A stretch of DNA of 64,000 nucleotides from positions 64,480,001-64,544,000 of the forward strand of contig OZ024745.1 of the NCBI GenBank assembly GCA_964016885.1. Reading direction: 5' to 3'. Under the pieces are notes generated by a model. It had not been told where the DNA came from, ran no database searches, and saw only the letters and a list, made by a program, of their open reading frames with translations. Source of the stretch: Eledone cirrhosa (lineage: Eukaryota). This document shows, piece by piece, positions 42,301-58,100 of this stretch (the stretch's first letter is position 1; every line of letters starts with the position of its first letter). A program made the translations under genes and the position numbers.

Positions 42301-45300
42301 GGGGGATCCATTTTTTATTTGGGTGATCCATTTTTTATTTGGGGGATCCATTTTTTATTTGGGTGATCCATATTTTATTTGGGTGATCCATTTTTTATTT
42401 GGGGGATCCTTTTTTTATTTGGGTGATCCATTTTTTATTTGGGGGATTCATTTTTTATTTGGGTGATCCATTTTTTATTTGGGTGATCCATTTTTTATTT
42501 GGGGGATCCATTTTTTATTTGGGTGATCCATTATTTATTTGGGGGATCCATTTTTTATTTGGGGGATCCATTTTTTATTTGGGTGATCCATTTTTTATTT
42601 GGGGGATCCATTTTTTATTTGGGTGATCCATTTTTTATTTGTGGGATCCATTTTTTATTTGGGGGATCCATTTTTTATTTGGAGGATCCATTTTTTATTT
42701 GGGTGATCCATTTTTTATTTGGGTGATCCATTTATTATTTGGGGGATCCATTTTTTATTTGGGGGCAGAATTTTTATTTGGGTGATCCATTTTCTATTTG
42801 GGTGATCCATTTTTTATTTGGGTGATCCATTTTTTATTTGGGGGATCCATTTTTTATTTGGGGGCAGAATTTTTATTTGGGTGATCCACTTTCTATTTGG
42901 GTGATCCATTTTTTATTTGGGTGATCCATTTTTTATTTGGGTATTCCATTTTTTATTTGTGGGATCCATTTTTTATTTGGGTGATCCATTTTTTATTTGG
43001 GTGATCCAGTTTTTATTTGGGTCATCCATTTTTTATTTGGGGTATCCATTTTTTATTTGGGGGATCCATTTTTTATTTTGGGTGATCCATTTTTTATTAG
43101 GGGGATCCATTTTTTATTTGGGTGATCCATTTTTATTTGTAGATCCATTTTTTATTTGGGTGATCCATTTTTTAATTGGATGATCCATTTTTTATTTGGG
43201 GGATCCATTTTTTATTTGGGGGATCCATTATTTATTTGGGTGATCCATTTTTTATTTTGGTGATCCATTTTTTATTTGGGGGATCCATTTTTTATTTGGG
43301 TGATCCATTTTTTATTTGGGTGATCCATTTTTTAATTGGGGGATCCATTTTTTATTTAGTTGATCCATTTTTTAATTGGGTGATCCATTTTTTATTTGGG
43401 GGATCCATTTTTTATTTGGGGGATCCATTGCTTATTTGGGTGATTCATTGTTTATTTGGGTGATCCATTTTTTATTTGGGTGATCCATTTTTTATTTGGG
43501 GGATCCATTTTTTATTTGGGGGATCCATTTTTTATTTGGGTGATCCATTTTTTATTTGGGGGATCCATTTTTTATTTGGGTGATCCATTTTTTATTTGGG
43601 TGATCCATTTTTTATTTGGGGGATCCATTTTTTATTTGGGTGATCCATTTTTTATTTGGGGGATCCATTTTTTATTTGGGGGATCCATTTTTTATTTGGG
43701 TGATACATTTTTTATTTGGGTGATCCATTTTTTATTTGGGTGATACATTTTTAATTTGGGTGATCCATTTTTTATTTGGAGGATCCATTTTTTATTTGGG
43801 TGATCCATTTTTTAATTGGGTGATCCATTATTTATTTGGGGGATCCATTTTTTATTTGGGTGATCCATTTTTTATTTGGGTGGTCCATTTTTTATTTGGG
43901 TGATCCATTTTTTATTTGGGGGATCCATTATTTATTTGGGTGATCCATTTTTTATTTGGGGATCCATTTTTTATTTGGGTGATCCATTTTTTATTTGGGT
44001 GATCCATTTTTTATTTGGGGGATCCATTTTTTATTTGGGTGATCCATTTTTTATTTGGGGGGTCCATTTTTTATTTGGGGGATCCATTTTTATTTGGGTG
44101 ATCCATTTTTTATTTGGGGGATCCATTTTTTATTTGGGTGATCCATTTTTTATTTGGGTTGATCCCTTTTTTATTTGGGGGATCCATTTTTTATTTGGGT
44201 GATCCATTATTTATTTGGGGGATCCATTTTTTATTTGGGGGATCCATTTCTTATTTGGGTGATCCATTTTTTATTAGGGGGATCCATTTTTTATTTGGGT
44301 GATCCATTTTTATTTGGAGATCCATTTTTTATTTAGGTGATCTATTTTATAATTGGGCGATCCATTTTTTATTTGGGGGGTCCATTTTTTATTTGGGGGA
44401 TCCATTATTTATTTGGGTGATCCATTTTTTATTTGGGTGATCCATTTTTTATTTGGGGGATCCATTTTTTATTTGGGTGATCCATTTTTTATTTGGGTGA
44501 TCCATTTTTTATTTGGGGGATCCATTTTTTATTTGGGTGATCCATTTTTTATTTGGGTGATCCATTTTTTATTTGAGGGATCCATTTTATATTTGGGTGA
44601 TCCATTTTTTATTTGGGTGATCCATTTTTTATTTGGGGGATCCATTTTTTATTTGGGGGATCCATTTTTTATTTGGGGGATCCATTTTTTATTTGGGTGA
44701 TCCATTTTTTATTTGGGGGATCCATTTTTTATTTGGGTGATCCATTTTTTATTTGGGGGATCCATTTTTTATTTCGGGGATCCATTTTTTATTTGGGTGA
44801 TTCATTTTTTATTTGGGGGATCCATTTTTTTTTATTTGGGGTTCCATTTTTTATTTGGGTGATCCATTTTTTATTTGGGTGATCCATTTTTTATTTGGGG
44901 AACCATTTTTTATTTGGGGGATCCATTTTTTATTTTGGGTGATCTATTTTTTATTAGGGGGATCCATTTTCTATTTGGGTGATCCATTTTTATTTGTAGA
45001 TCCATTTTTTAATTGGGGGATCCATTTTTTATTTAGTTGATCCATTTTTTAATTGGGTGATCCATTTTTTATTTGGGTGATCCATTTTTTATTTGGGTAT
45101 TCCATTTTTTATTTGTGGGATCCATTTTTTATTTGGGGGATCCATTTTTTATTTGGGGGATCCAATTTTATTTGGGTGATCCATTTTTTATTTGGGTGAT
45201 CCATTTTTTATTTGGGGGATCCAATTTTTATTTGGGTGATCCATTTTTTATTTGGGTGATACATTTTTTATTTGGGGGATCCATTTTTTATTTGGGTGAT

Positions 45301-46500
45301 CCATTTTTTATTTGTGGAATCCATTTTTTATTTGGGGGATCCATTTTTTATTTGGGTGATCCATTCTTTATTTGGGTGATCCATTTTTTATTTGGGGGAT
45401 CCATTTTTAATTTGGGTGATCCATTTTTTATTTGGGGGATCCATTTTTTATTTGGGTGATCCATTTTTTATTTGGGGGATCCATTTTTTAATTGGGTGAT
45501 CCATTTTTTATTTGGGGGATCCATTTTTTATTTGGGTGATCCATTTTTTATTTGGGGGATCCATTTTTTATTTGGGTGATCCATATTTTATTTGGGTGAT
45601 CCATTTTTTATTTGGGGGATCCTTTTTTTATTTGGGTGATCCATTTTTTATTTGGGGGATTCATTTTTTATTTGGGTGATCCATTTTTTATTTGGGTGAT
45701 CCATTTTTTATTTGGGGGATCCATTTTTTATTTGGGTGATCCATTATTTATTTGGGGGATCCATTTTTTATTTGGGGGATCCATTTTTTATTTGGGTGAT
45801 CCATTTTTTATTTGGGGGATCCATTTTTTATTTGGGTGATCCATTTTTTATTTGTGGGATCCATTTTTTATTTGGGGGATCCATTTTTTATTTGGAGGAT
45901 CCATTTTTTATTTGGGTGATCCATTTTTTATTTGGGTGATCCATTTATTATTTGGGGGATCCATTTTTTATTTGGGGGCAGAATTTTTATTTGGGTGATC
46001 CATTTTCTATTTGGGTGATCCATTTTTTATTTGGGTGATCCATTTTTTATTTGGGGGATCCATTTTTTATTTGGGGGCAGAATTTTTATTTGGGTGATCC
46101 ACTTTCTATTTGGGTGATCCATTTTTTATTTGGGGGATCCATTTTTTATTTGGGGGATCCTTTTTTATTTGGGTGATCCATTTTTTATTTGGGGGATCCA
46201 TTTTTTATTTGGGTGATCCATTTTTTATTTGTGGGATCCATTTTTTATTTGGGGGATCCATTTTTTATTTGGGGGATCCATTTTTTATTTGGGTGATCCA
46301 TTTTTTATTTGGGGGATCCATTTTTTATTTGGGTGATCCATTTTTTATTTGGGTGATCCATTTTTTATTTGGGGGATCCATTTATTATTTGGGGGATCCA
46401 TTTTTTTATTTGGGTGATCCATTCTTTATTTGGGTGATCCATTTTTTATTTGGGGGATCCATTTTTTATTTTGGGTGATCCATTTTTTATTAGGGGGATC
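24700..46500 (+). repeat. Large multi-HOR duplication (~24700-34220 vs ~37110-46500; offset 12.29-12.47 kb)
   Basis: ORF pairs 24882/37290 (12408), 27375/39846 and 28214/40685 (12471), 29450/41860 and 30507/42917 (12410), 31586/43876 and 33820/46110 (12290). Shared variants TTTTGTATTT (~28346/~40816) and CATTGCTTA (~31016/~43426). Confidence 0.85.
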
Positions 46501-49500
46501 CATTTATTATTTGGGGGATCCATTTATTATTTGGGGGATCCATTTTTTTATTTGGGTGATCCATTCTTTATTTGGGTGATCCATTTTTTATTTGGGGGAT
46601 CCATTTTTTATTTAGTTGATCCATTTTTTAATTGGGTGATCCATTTTTTATTTGGGTGATCCATTTTTTATTTGGGTATTCCATTTTTTATTTGTGGGAT
46701 CCATTTTTTATTTGGGGGATCCATTTTTTATTTGGGGGATCCAATTTTATTTGGGTGATCCATTTTTTATTTGGGTGATCCATTTTTTATTTGCGGGATC
46801 CAATTTTTATTTGGGTGATCCATTTTTTATTTGGGTGATACATTTTTTATTTGGGGGATCCATTTTTTATTTGGGTGATCCATTTTTTATTTGTGGAATC
46901 CATTTTTTATTTGGGGGATCCATTTTTTATTTGGGTGATCCATTCTTTATTTGGGTGATCCATTTTTTATTTGGGGGATCCATTTTTAATTTGGGTGATC
47001 CATTTTTTATTTGGGGGATCCATTTTTTATTTGGGTGATCCATTTTTTATTTGGGGGATCCATTTTTTAATTGGGTGATCCATTTTTTATTTGGGGGATC
47101 CATTTTTTATTTGGGTGATCCATTTTTTATTTGGGGGATCCATTTTTTATTTGGGTGATCCATATTTTATTTGGGTGATCCATTTTTTATTTGGGGGATC
47201 CTTTTTTATTTGGGTGATCCATTTTTTATTTGGGGGATTCATTTTTTATTTGGGTGATCCATTTTTTATTTGGGTGATCCATTTTTTATTTGGGGGATCC
47301 ATTTTTTATTTGGGTGATCCATTATTTATTTGGGGGATCCATTTTTTATTTGGGGGATCCATTTTTTATTTGGGTGATCCATTTTTTATTTGGGGGATCC
47401 ATTTTTTATTTGGGTGATCCATTTTTTATTTGTGGGATCCATTTTTTATTTGGGGGATCCATTTTTTATTTGGAGGATCCATTTTTTATTTGGGTGATCC
47501 ATTTTTTATTTGGGTGATCCATTTATTATTTGGGGGATCCATTTTTTATTTGGGGGCAGAATTTTTATTTGGGTGATCCATTTTCTATTTGGGTGATCCA
47601 TTTTTTATTTGGGTGATCCATTTTTTATTTGGGGGATCCATTTTTTATTTGGGGGCAGAATTTTTATTTGGGTGATCCACTTTCTATTTGGGTGATCCAT
47701 TTTTTATTTGGGGGATCCATTTTTTATTTGGGGGATCCTTTTTTATTTGGGTGATCCATTTTTTATTTGGGGGATCCATTTTTTATTTGGGTGATCCATT
47801 TTTTATTTGTGGGATCCATTTTTTATTTGGGGGATCCATTTTTTATTTGGGGGATCCATTTTTTATTTGGGTGATCCATTTTTTATTTGGGTGATCCATT
47901 TTTTATTTGGGGGATCCATTTTTTATTTGGGTGATCCATTTTTTATTTGGGGGATCCATTTTTTATTTGGGGGATCCATTTTTTATTTGGGTGATACATT
48001 TTTTATTTGGGTGATCCATTTTTTATTTGGGTGATACATTTTTAATTTGGGTGATCCATTTTTTATTTGGAGGATCCATTTTTTATTTGGGTGATCCATT
48101 TTTTAATTGGGTGATCCATTATTTATTTGGGGGATCCATTTTTTATTTGGGTGATCCATTTTTTATTTGGGTGGTCCATTTTTTATTTGGGTGATCCATT
48201 TTTTATTTGGGGGATCCATTATTTATTTGGGTGATCCATTTTTTATTTGGGGATCCATTTTTTATTTGGGTGATCCATTTTTTATTTGGGTGATCCATTT
48301 TTTATTTGGGGGATCCATTTTTTATTTGGGTGATCCATTTTTTATTTGGGGGGTCCATTTTTTATTTGGGGGATCCATTTTTATTTGGGTGATCCATTTT
48401 TTATTTGGGGGATCCATTTTTTATTTGGGTGATCCATTTTTTATTTGGGTTGATCCCTTTTTTATTTGGGGGATCCATTTTTTATTTGGGTGATCCATTA
48501 TTTATTTGGGGGATCCATTTTTTATTTGGGGGATCCATTTCTTATTTGGGTGATCCATTTTTTATTAGGGGGATCCATTTTTTATTTGGGTGATCCATTT
48601 TTATTTGGAGATCCATTTTTTATTTAGGTGATCTATTTTATAATTGGGCGATCCATTTTTTATTTGGGGGGTCCATTTTTTATTTGGGGGATCCATTATT
48701 TATTTGGGTGATCCATTTTTTATTTGGGTGATCCATTTTTTATTTGGGGGATCCATTTTTTATTTGGGTGATCCATTTTTTATTTGGGTGATCCATTTTT
48801 TATTTGGGGGATCCATTTTTTATTTGGTTGATCCATTTTTTATTTGGGTGATCCATTTTTTATTTGAGGGATCCATTTTATATTTGGGTGATCCATTTTT
48901 TATTTGGGTGATCCATTTTTTATTTGGGGGATCCATTTTTTATTTGGGGGATCCATTTTTTATTTGGGGGATCCATTTTTTATTTGGGTGATCCATTTTT
49001 TATTTGGGGGATCCATTTTTTATTTGGGTGATCCATTTTTTATTTGGGGGATCCATTTTTTATTTCGGGGATCCATTTTTTATTTGGGTGATTCATTTTT
49101 TATTTGGGGGATCCATTTTTTTTTATTTGGGGTTCCATTTTTTATTTGGGTGATCCATTTTTTATTTGGGTGATCCATTTTTTATTTGGGGAACCATTTT
49201 TTATTTGGGGGATCCATTTTTTATTTTGGGTGATCTATTTTTTATTAGGGGGATCCATTTTCTATTTGGGTGATCCATTTTTATTTGTAGATCCATTTTT
49301 TAATTGGGGGATCCATTTTTTATTTAGTTGATCCATTTTTTAATTGGGTGATCCATTTTTTATTTGGGTGATCCATTTTTTATTTGGGTATTCCATTTTT
49401 TATTTGTGGGATCCATTTTTTATTTGGGGGATCCATTTTTTATTTGGGGGATCCAATTTTATTTGGGTGATCCATTTTTTATTTGGGTGATCCATTTTTT

Positions 49501-52500
49501 ATTTGGGGGATCCAATTTTTATTTGGGTGATCCATTTTTTATTTGGGTGATACATTTTTTATTTGGGGGATCCATTTTTTATTTGGGTGATCCATTTTTT
49601 ATTTGTGGAATCCATTTTTTATTTGGGGGATCCATTTTTTATTTGGGTGATCCATTCTTTATTTGGGTGATCCATTTTTTATTTGGGGGATCCATTTTTA
49701 ATTTGGGTGATCCATTTTTTATTTGGAGGATCCATTTTTTATTTGGGTGATCCATTTTTTAATTGGGTGATCCATTATTTATTTGGGGGATCCATTTTTT
49801 ATTTGGGTGATCCATTTTTTATTTGGGTGGTCCATTTTTTATTTGGGTGATCCATTTTTTATTTGGGGGATCCATTATTTATTTGGGTGATCCATTTTTT
49901 ATTTGGGGATCCATTTTTTATTTGGGTGATCCATTTTTTATTTGGGTGATCCATTTTTTATTTGGGGGATCCATTTTTTATTTGGGTGATCCATTTTTTA
50001 TTTGGGGGGTCCATTTTTTATTTGGGGGATCCATTTTTATTTGGGTGATCCATTTTTTATTTGGGGGATCCATTTTTTATTTGGGTGATCCATTTTTTAT
50101 TTGGGTTGATCCCTTTTTTATTTGGGGGATCCATTTTTTATTTGGGTGATCCATTATTTATTTGGGGGATCCATTTTTTATTTGGGGGATCCATTTCTTA
50201 TTTGGGTGATCCATTTTTTATTAGGGGGATCCATTTTTTATTTGGGTGATCCATTTTTATTTGGAGATCCATTTTTTATTTAGGTGATCTATTTTATAAT
50301 TGGGCGATCCATTTTTTATTTGGGGGGTCCATTTTTTATTTGGGGGATCCATTATTTATTTGGGTGATCCATTTTTTATTTGGGTGATCCATTTTTTATT
50401 TGGGGGATCCATTTTTTATTTGGGTGATCCATTTTTTATTTGGGTGATCCATTTTTTATTTGGGGGATCCATTTTTTATTTGGGTGATCCATTTTTTATT
50501 TGGGTGATCCATTTTTTATTTGAGGGATCCATTTTATATTTGGGTGATCCATTTTTTATTTGGGTGATCCATTTTTTATTTGGGGGATCCATTTTTTATT
50601 TGGGGGATCCATTTTTTATTTGGGGGATCCATTTTTTATTTGGGTGATCCATTTTTTATTTGGGGGATCCATTTTTTATTTGGGTGATCCATTTTTTATT
50701 TGGGGGATCCATTTTTTATTTCGGGGATCCATTTTTTATTTGGGTGATTCATTTTTTATTTGGGGGATCCATTTTTTTTTATTTGGGGTTCCATTTTTTA
50801 TTTGGGTGATCCATTTTTTATTTGGGTGATCCATTTTTTATTTGGGGAACCATTTTTTATTTGGGGGATCCATTTTTTATTTTGGGTGATCTATTTTTTA
50901 TTAGGGGGATCCATTTTCTATTTGGGTGATCCATTTTTATTTGTAGATCCATTTTTTAATTGGGGGATCCATTTTTTATTTAGTTGATCCATTTTTTAAT
51001 TGGGTGATCCATTTTTTATTTGGGTGATCCATTTTTTATTTGGGTATTCCATTTTTTATTTGTGGGATCCATTTTTTATTTGGGGGATCCATTTTTTATT
51101 TGGGGGATCCAATTTTATTTGGGTGATCCATTTTTTATTTGGGTGATCCATTTTTTATTTGGGGGATCCAATTTTTATTTGGGTGATCCATTTTTTATTT
51201 GGGTGATACATTTTTTATTTGGGGGATCCATTTTTTATTTGGGTGATCCATTTTTTATTTGTGGAATCCATTTTTTATTTGGGGGATCCATTTTTTATTT
51301 GGGTGATCCATTCTTTATTTGGGTGATCCATTTTTTATTTGGGGGATCCATTTTTAATTTGGGTGATCCATTTTTTATTTGGGGGATCCATTTTTTATTT
51401 GGGTGATCCATTTTTTATTTGGGGGATCCATTTTTTAATTGGGTGATCCATTTTTTATTTGGGGGATCCATTTTTTATTTGGGTGATCCATTTTTTATTT
51501 GGGGGATCCATTTTTTATTTGGGTGATCCATATTTTATTTGGGTGATCCATTTTTTATTTGGGGGATCCTTTTTTTATTTGGGTGATCCATTTTTTATTT
51601 GGGGGATTCATTTTTTATTTGGGTGATCCATTTTTTATTTGGGTGATCCATTTTTTATTTGGGGGATCCATTTTTTATTTGGGTGATCCATTATTTATTT
51701 GGGGGATCCATTTTTTATTTGGGGGATCCATTTTTTATTTGGGTGATCCATTTTTTATTTGGGGGATCCATTTTTTATTTGGGTGATCCATTTTTTATTT
51801 GTGGGATCCATTTTTTATTTGGGGGATCCATTTTTTATTTGGAGGATCCATTTTTTATTTGGGTGATCCATTTTTTATTTGGGTGATCCATTTATTATTT
51901 GGGGGATCCATTTTTTATTTGGGGGCAGAATTTTTATTTGGGTGATCCATTTTCTATTTGGGTGATCCATTTTTTATTTGGGTGATCCATTTTTTATTTG
52001 GGGGATCCATTTTTTATTTGGGGGCAGAATTTTTATTTGGGTGATCCACTTTCTATTTGGGTGATCCATTTTTTATTTGGGGGATCCATTTTTTATTTGG
52101 GGGATCCTTTTTTATTTGGGTGATCCATTTTTTATTTGGGGGATCCATTTTTTATTTGGGTGATCCATTTTTTATTTGTGGGATCCATTTTTTATTTGGG
52201 GGATCCATTTTTTATTTGGGGGATCCATTTTTTATTTGGGTGATCCATTTTTTATTTGGGGGATCCATTTTTTATTTGGGTGATCCATTTTTTATTTGGG
52301 TGATCCATTTTTTATTTGGGGGATCCATTTATTATTTGGGGGATCCATTTTTTTATTTGGGTGATCCATTCTTTATTTGGGTGATCCATTTTTTATTTGG
52401 GGGATCCATTTTTTATTTTGGGTGATCCATTTTTTATTAGGGGGATCCATTTATTATTTGGGGGATCCATTTATTATTTGGGGGATCCATTTTTTTATTT

Positions 52501-55500
52501 GGGTGATCCATTCTTTATTTGGGTGATCCATTTTTTATTTGGGGGATCCATTTTTTATTTAGTTGATCCATTTTTTAATTGGGTGATCCATTTTTTATTT
52601 GGGTGATCCATTTTTTATTTGGGTATTCCATTTTTTATTTGTGGGATCCATTTTTTATTTGGGGGATCCATTTTTTATTTGGGGGATCCAATTTTATTTG
52701 GGTGATCCATTTTTTATTTGGGTGATCCATTTTTTATTTGCGGGATCCAATTTTTATTTGGGTGATCCATTTTTTATTTGGGTGATACATTTTTTATTTG
52801 GGGGATCCATTTTTTATTTGGGTGATCCATTTTTTATTTGTGGAATCCATTTTTTATTTGGGGGATCCATTTTTTATTTGGGTGATCCATTCTTTATTTG
52901 GGTGATCCATTTTTTATTTGGGGGATCCATTTTTAATTTGGGTGATCCATTTTTTATTTGGGGGATCCATTTTTTATTTGGGTGATCCATTTTTTATTTG
53001 GGGGATCCATTTTTTAATTGGGTGATCCATTTTTTATTTGGGGGATCCATTTTTTATTTGGGTGATCCATTTTTTATTTGGGGGATCCATTTTTTATTTG
53101 GGTGATCCATATTTTATTTGGGTGATCCATTTTTTATTTGGGGGATCCTTTTTTTATTTGGGTGATCCATTTTTTATTTGGGGGATTCATTTTTTATTTG
53201 GGTGATCCATTTTTTATTTGGGTGATCCATTTTTTATTTGGGGGATCCATTTTTTATTTGGGTGATCCATTATTTATTTGGGGGATCCATTTTTTATTTG
53301 GGGGATCCATTTTTTATTTGGGTGATCCATTTTTTATTTGGGGGATCCATTTTTTATTTGGGTGATCCATTTTTTATTTGTGGGATCCATTTTTTATTTG
53401 GGGGATCCATTTTTTATTTGGAGGATCCATTTTTTATTTGGGTGATCCATTTTTTATTTGGGTGATCCATTTATTATTTGGGGGATCCATTTTTTATTTG
53501 GGGGCAGAATTTTTATTTGGGTGATCCATTTTCTATTTGGGTGATCCATTTTTTATTTGGGTGATCCATTTTTTATTTGGGGGATCCATTTTTTATTTGG
53601 GGGCAGAATTTTTATTTGGGTGATCCACTTTCTATTTGGGTGATCCATTTTTTATTTGGGGGATCCATTTTTTATTTGGGGGATCCTTTTTTATTTGGGT
53701 GATCCATTTTTTATTTGGGGGATCCATTTTTTATTTGGGTGATCCATTTTTTATTTGTGGGATCCATTTTTTATTTGGGGGATCCATTTTTTATTTGGGG
53801 GATCCATTTTTTATTTGGGTGATCCATTTTTTATTTGGGTGATCCATTTTTTATTTGGGGGATCCATTTTTTATTTGGGTGATCCATTTTTTATTTGGGG
53901 GATCCATTTTTTATTTGGGGGATCCATTTTTTATTTGGGTGATACATTTTTTATTTGGGTGATCCATTTTTTATTTGGGTGATACATTTTTAATTTGGGT
54001 GATCCATTTTTTATTTGGAGGATCCATTTTTTATTTGGGTGATCCATTTTTTAATTGGGTGATCCATTATTTATTTGGGGGATCCATTTTTTATTTGGGT
54101 GATCCATTTTTTATTTGGGTGGTCCATTTTTTATTTGGGTGATCCATTTTTTATTTGGGGGATCCATTATTTATTTGGGTGATCCATTTTTTATTTGGGG
54201 ATCCATTTTTTATTTGGGTGATCCATTTTTTATTTGGGTGATCCATTTTTTATTTGGGGGATCCATTTTTTATTTGGGTGATCCATTTTTTATTTGGGGG
54301 GTCCATTTTTTATTTGGGGGATCCATTTTTATTTGGGTGATCCATTTTTTATTTGGGGGATCCATTTTTTATTTGGGTGATCCATTTTTTATTTGGGTTG
54401 ATCCCTTTTTTATTTGGGGGATCCATTTTTTATTTGGGTGATCCATTATTTATTTGGGGGATCCATTTTTTATTTGGGGGATCCATTTCTTATTTGGGTG
54501 ATCCATTTTTTATTAGGGGGATCCATTTTTTATTTGGGTGATCCATTTTTATTTGGAGATCCATTTTTTATTTAGGTGATCTATTTTATAATTGGGCGAT
54601 CCATTTTTTATTTGGGGGGTCCATTTTTTATTTGGGGGATCCATTATTTATTTGGGTGATCCATTTTTTATTTGGGTGATCCATTTTTTATTTGGGGGAT
54701 CCATTTTTTATTTGGGTGATCCATTTTTTATTTGGGTGATCCATTTTTTATTTGGGGGATCCATTTTTTATTTGGGTGATCCATTTTTTATTTGGGTGAT
54801 CCATTTTTTATTTGAGGGATCCATTTTATATTTGGGTGATCCATTTTTTATTTGGGTGATCCATTTTTTATTTGGGGGATCCATTTTTTATTTGGGGGAT
54901 CCATTTTTTATTTGGGGGATCCATTTTTTATTTGGGTGATCCATTTTTTATTTGGGGGATCCATTTTTTATTTGGGTGATCCATTTTTTATTTGGGGGAT
55001 CCATTTTTTATTTCGGGGATCCATTTTTTATTTGGGTGATTCATTTTTTATTTGGGGGATCCATTTTTTTTTATTTGGGGTTCCATTTTTTATTTGGGTG
55101 ATCCATTTTTTATTTGGGTGATCCATTTTTTATTTGGGGAACCATTTTTTATTTGGGGGATCCATTTTTTATTTTGGGTGATCTATTTTTTATTAGGGGG
55201 ATCCATTTTCTATTTGGGTGATCCATTTTTATTTGTAGATCCATTTTTTAATTGGGGGATCCATTTTTTATTTAGTTGATCCATTTTTTAATTGGGTGAT
55301 CCATTTTTTATTTGGGTGATCCATTTTTTATTTGGGTATTCCATTTTTTATTTGTGGGATCCATTTTTTATTTGGGGGATCCATTTTTTATTTGGGGGAT
55401 CCAATTTTATTTGGGTGATCCATTTTTTATTTGGGTGATCCATTTTTTATTTGGGGGATCCAATTTTTATTTGGGTGATCCATTTTTTATTTGGGTGATA

Positions 55501-58100
55501 CATTTTTTATTTGGGGGATCCATTTTTTATTTGGGTGATCCATTTTTTATTTGTGGAATCCATTTTTTATTTGGGGGATCCATTTTTTATTTGGGTGATC
55601 CATTCTTTATTTGGGTGATCCATTTTTTATTTGGGGGATCCATTTTTAATTTGGGTGATCCATTTTTTATTTGGGGGATCCATTTTTTATTTGGGTGATC
55701 CATTTTTTATTTGGGGGATCCATTTTTTAATTGGGTGATCCATTTTTTATTTGGGGGATCCATTTTTTATTTGGGTGATCCATTTTTTATTTGGGGGATC
55801 CATTTTTTATTTGGGTGATCCATATTTTATTTGGGTGATCCATTTTTTATTTGGGGGATCCTTTTTTTATTTGGGTGATCCATTTTTTATTTGGGGGATT
55901 CATTTTTTATTTGGGTGATCCATTTTTTATTTGGGTGATCCATTTTTTATTTGGGGGATCCATTTTTTATTTGGGTGATCCATTATTTATTTGGGGGATC
56001 CATTTTTTATTTGGGGGATCCATTTTTTATTTGGGTGATCCATTTTTTATTTGGGGGATCCATTTTTTATTTGGGTGATCCATTTTTTATTTGTGGGATC
56101 CATTTTTTATTTGGGGGATCCATTTTTTATTTGGAGGATCCATTTTTTATTTGGGTGATCCATTTTTTATTTGGGTGATCCATTTATTATTTGGGGGATC
56201 CATTTTTTATTTGGGGGCAGAATTTTTATTTGGGTGATCCATTTTCTATTTGGGTGATCCATTTTTTATTTGGGTGATCCATTTTTTATTTGGGGGATCC
56301 ATTTTTTATTTGGGGGCAGAATTTTTATTTGGGTGATCCACTTTCTATTTGGGTGATCCATTTTTTATTTGGGGGATCCATTTTTTATTTGGGGGATCCT
56401 TTTTTATTTGGGTGATCCATTTTTTATTTGGGGGATCCATTTTTTATTTGGGTGATCCATTTTTTATTTGTGGGATCCATTTTTTATTTGGGGGATCCAT
56501 TTTTTATTTGGGGGATCCATTTTTTATTTGGGTGATCCATTTTTTATTTGGGGGATCCATTTTTTATTTGGGTGATCCATTTTTTATTTGGGTGATCCAT
56601 TTTTTATTTGGGGGATCCATTTATTATTTGGGGGATCCATTTTTTTATTTGGGTGATCCATTCTTTATTTGGGTGATCCATTTTTTATTTGGGGGATCCA
56701 TTTTTTATTTTGGGTGATCCATTTTTTATTAGGGGGATCCATTTATTATTTGGGGGATCCATTTATTATTTGGGGGATCCATTTTTTTATTTGGGTGATC
56801 CATTCTTTATTTGGGTGATCCATTTTTTATTTGGGGGATCCATTTTTTATTTAGTTGATCCATTTTTTAATTGGGTGATCCATTTTTTATTTGGGTGATC
56901 CATTTTTTATTTGGGTATTCCATTTTTTATTTGTGGGATCCATTTTTTATTTGGGGGATCCATTTTTTATTTGGGGGATCCAATTTTATTTGGGTGATCC
57001 ATTTTTTATTTGGGTGATCCATTTTTTATTTGCGGGATCCAATTTTTATTTGGGTGATCCATTTTTTATTTGGGTGATACATTTTTTATTTGGGGGATCC
57101 ATTTTTTATTTGGGTGATCCATTTTTTATTTGTGGAATCCATTTTTTATTTGGGGGATCCATTTTTTATTTGGGTGATCCATTCTTTATTTGGGTGATCC
57201 ATTTTTTATTTGGGGGATCCATTTTTAATTTGGGTGATCCATTTTTTATTTGGGGGATCCATTTTTTATTTGGGTGATCCATTTTTTATTTGGGGGATCC
57301 ATTTTTTAATTGGGTGATCCATTTTTTATTTGGGGGATCCATTTTTTATTTGGGTGATCCATTTTTTATTTGGGGGATCCATTTTTTATTTGGGTGATCC
57401 ATATTTTATTTGGGTGATCCATTTTTTATTTGGGGGATCCTTTTTTTATTTGGGTGATCCATTTTTTATTTGGGGGATTCATTTTTTATTTGGGTGATCC
57501 ATTTTTTATTTGGGTGATCCATTTTTTATTTGGGGGATCCATTTTTTATTTGGGTGATCCATTATTTATTTGGGGGATCCATTTTTTATTTGGGGGATCC
57601 ATTTTTTATTTGGGTGATCCATTTTTTATTTGGGGGATCCATTTTTTATTTGGGTGATCCATTTTTTATTTGTGGGATCCATTTTTTATTTGGGGGATCC
57701 ATTTTTTATTTGGAGGATCCATTTTTTATTTGGGTGATCCATTTTTTATTTGGGTGATCCATTTATTATTTGGGGGATCCATTTTTTATTTGGGGGCAGA
57801 ATTTTTATTTGGGTGATCCATTTTCTATTTGGGTGATCCATTTTTTATTTGGGTGATCCATTTTTTATTTGGGGGATCCATTTTTTATTTGGGGGCAGAA
57901 TTTTTATTTGGGTGATCCACTTTCTATTTGGGTGATCCATTTTTTATTTGGGGGATCCATTTTTTATTTGGGGGATCCTTTTTTATTTGGGTGATCCATT
58001 TTTTATTTGGGGGATCCATTTTTTATTTGGGTGATCCATTTTTTATTTGTGGGATCCATTTTTTATTTGGGGGATCCATTTTTTATTTGGGGGATCCATT
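43600..58100 (+). repeat. Young HOR domain: three ~4,292-bp units plus one truncated 1,656-bp unit
   Basis: Landmark ORFs at 43876, 48167, 49823 and 54115 (spacings 4291, 1656, 4292). The pairs 52599/56891 and 53636/57928 are also 4292 apart. The GCGGG variant occurs at 46793, 52740 and 57032. Confidence 0.9.
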
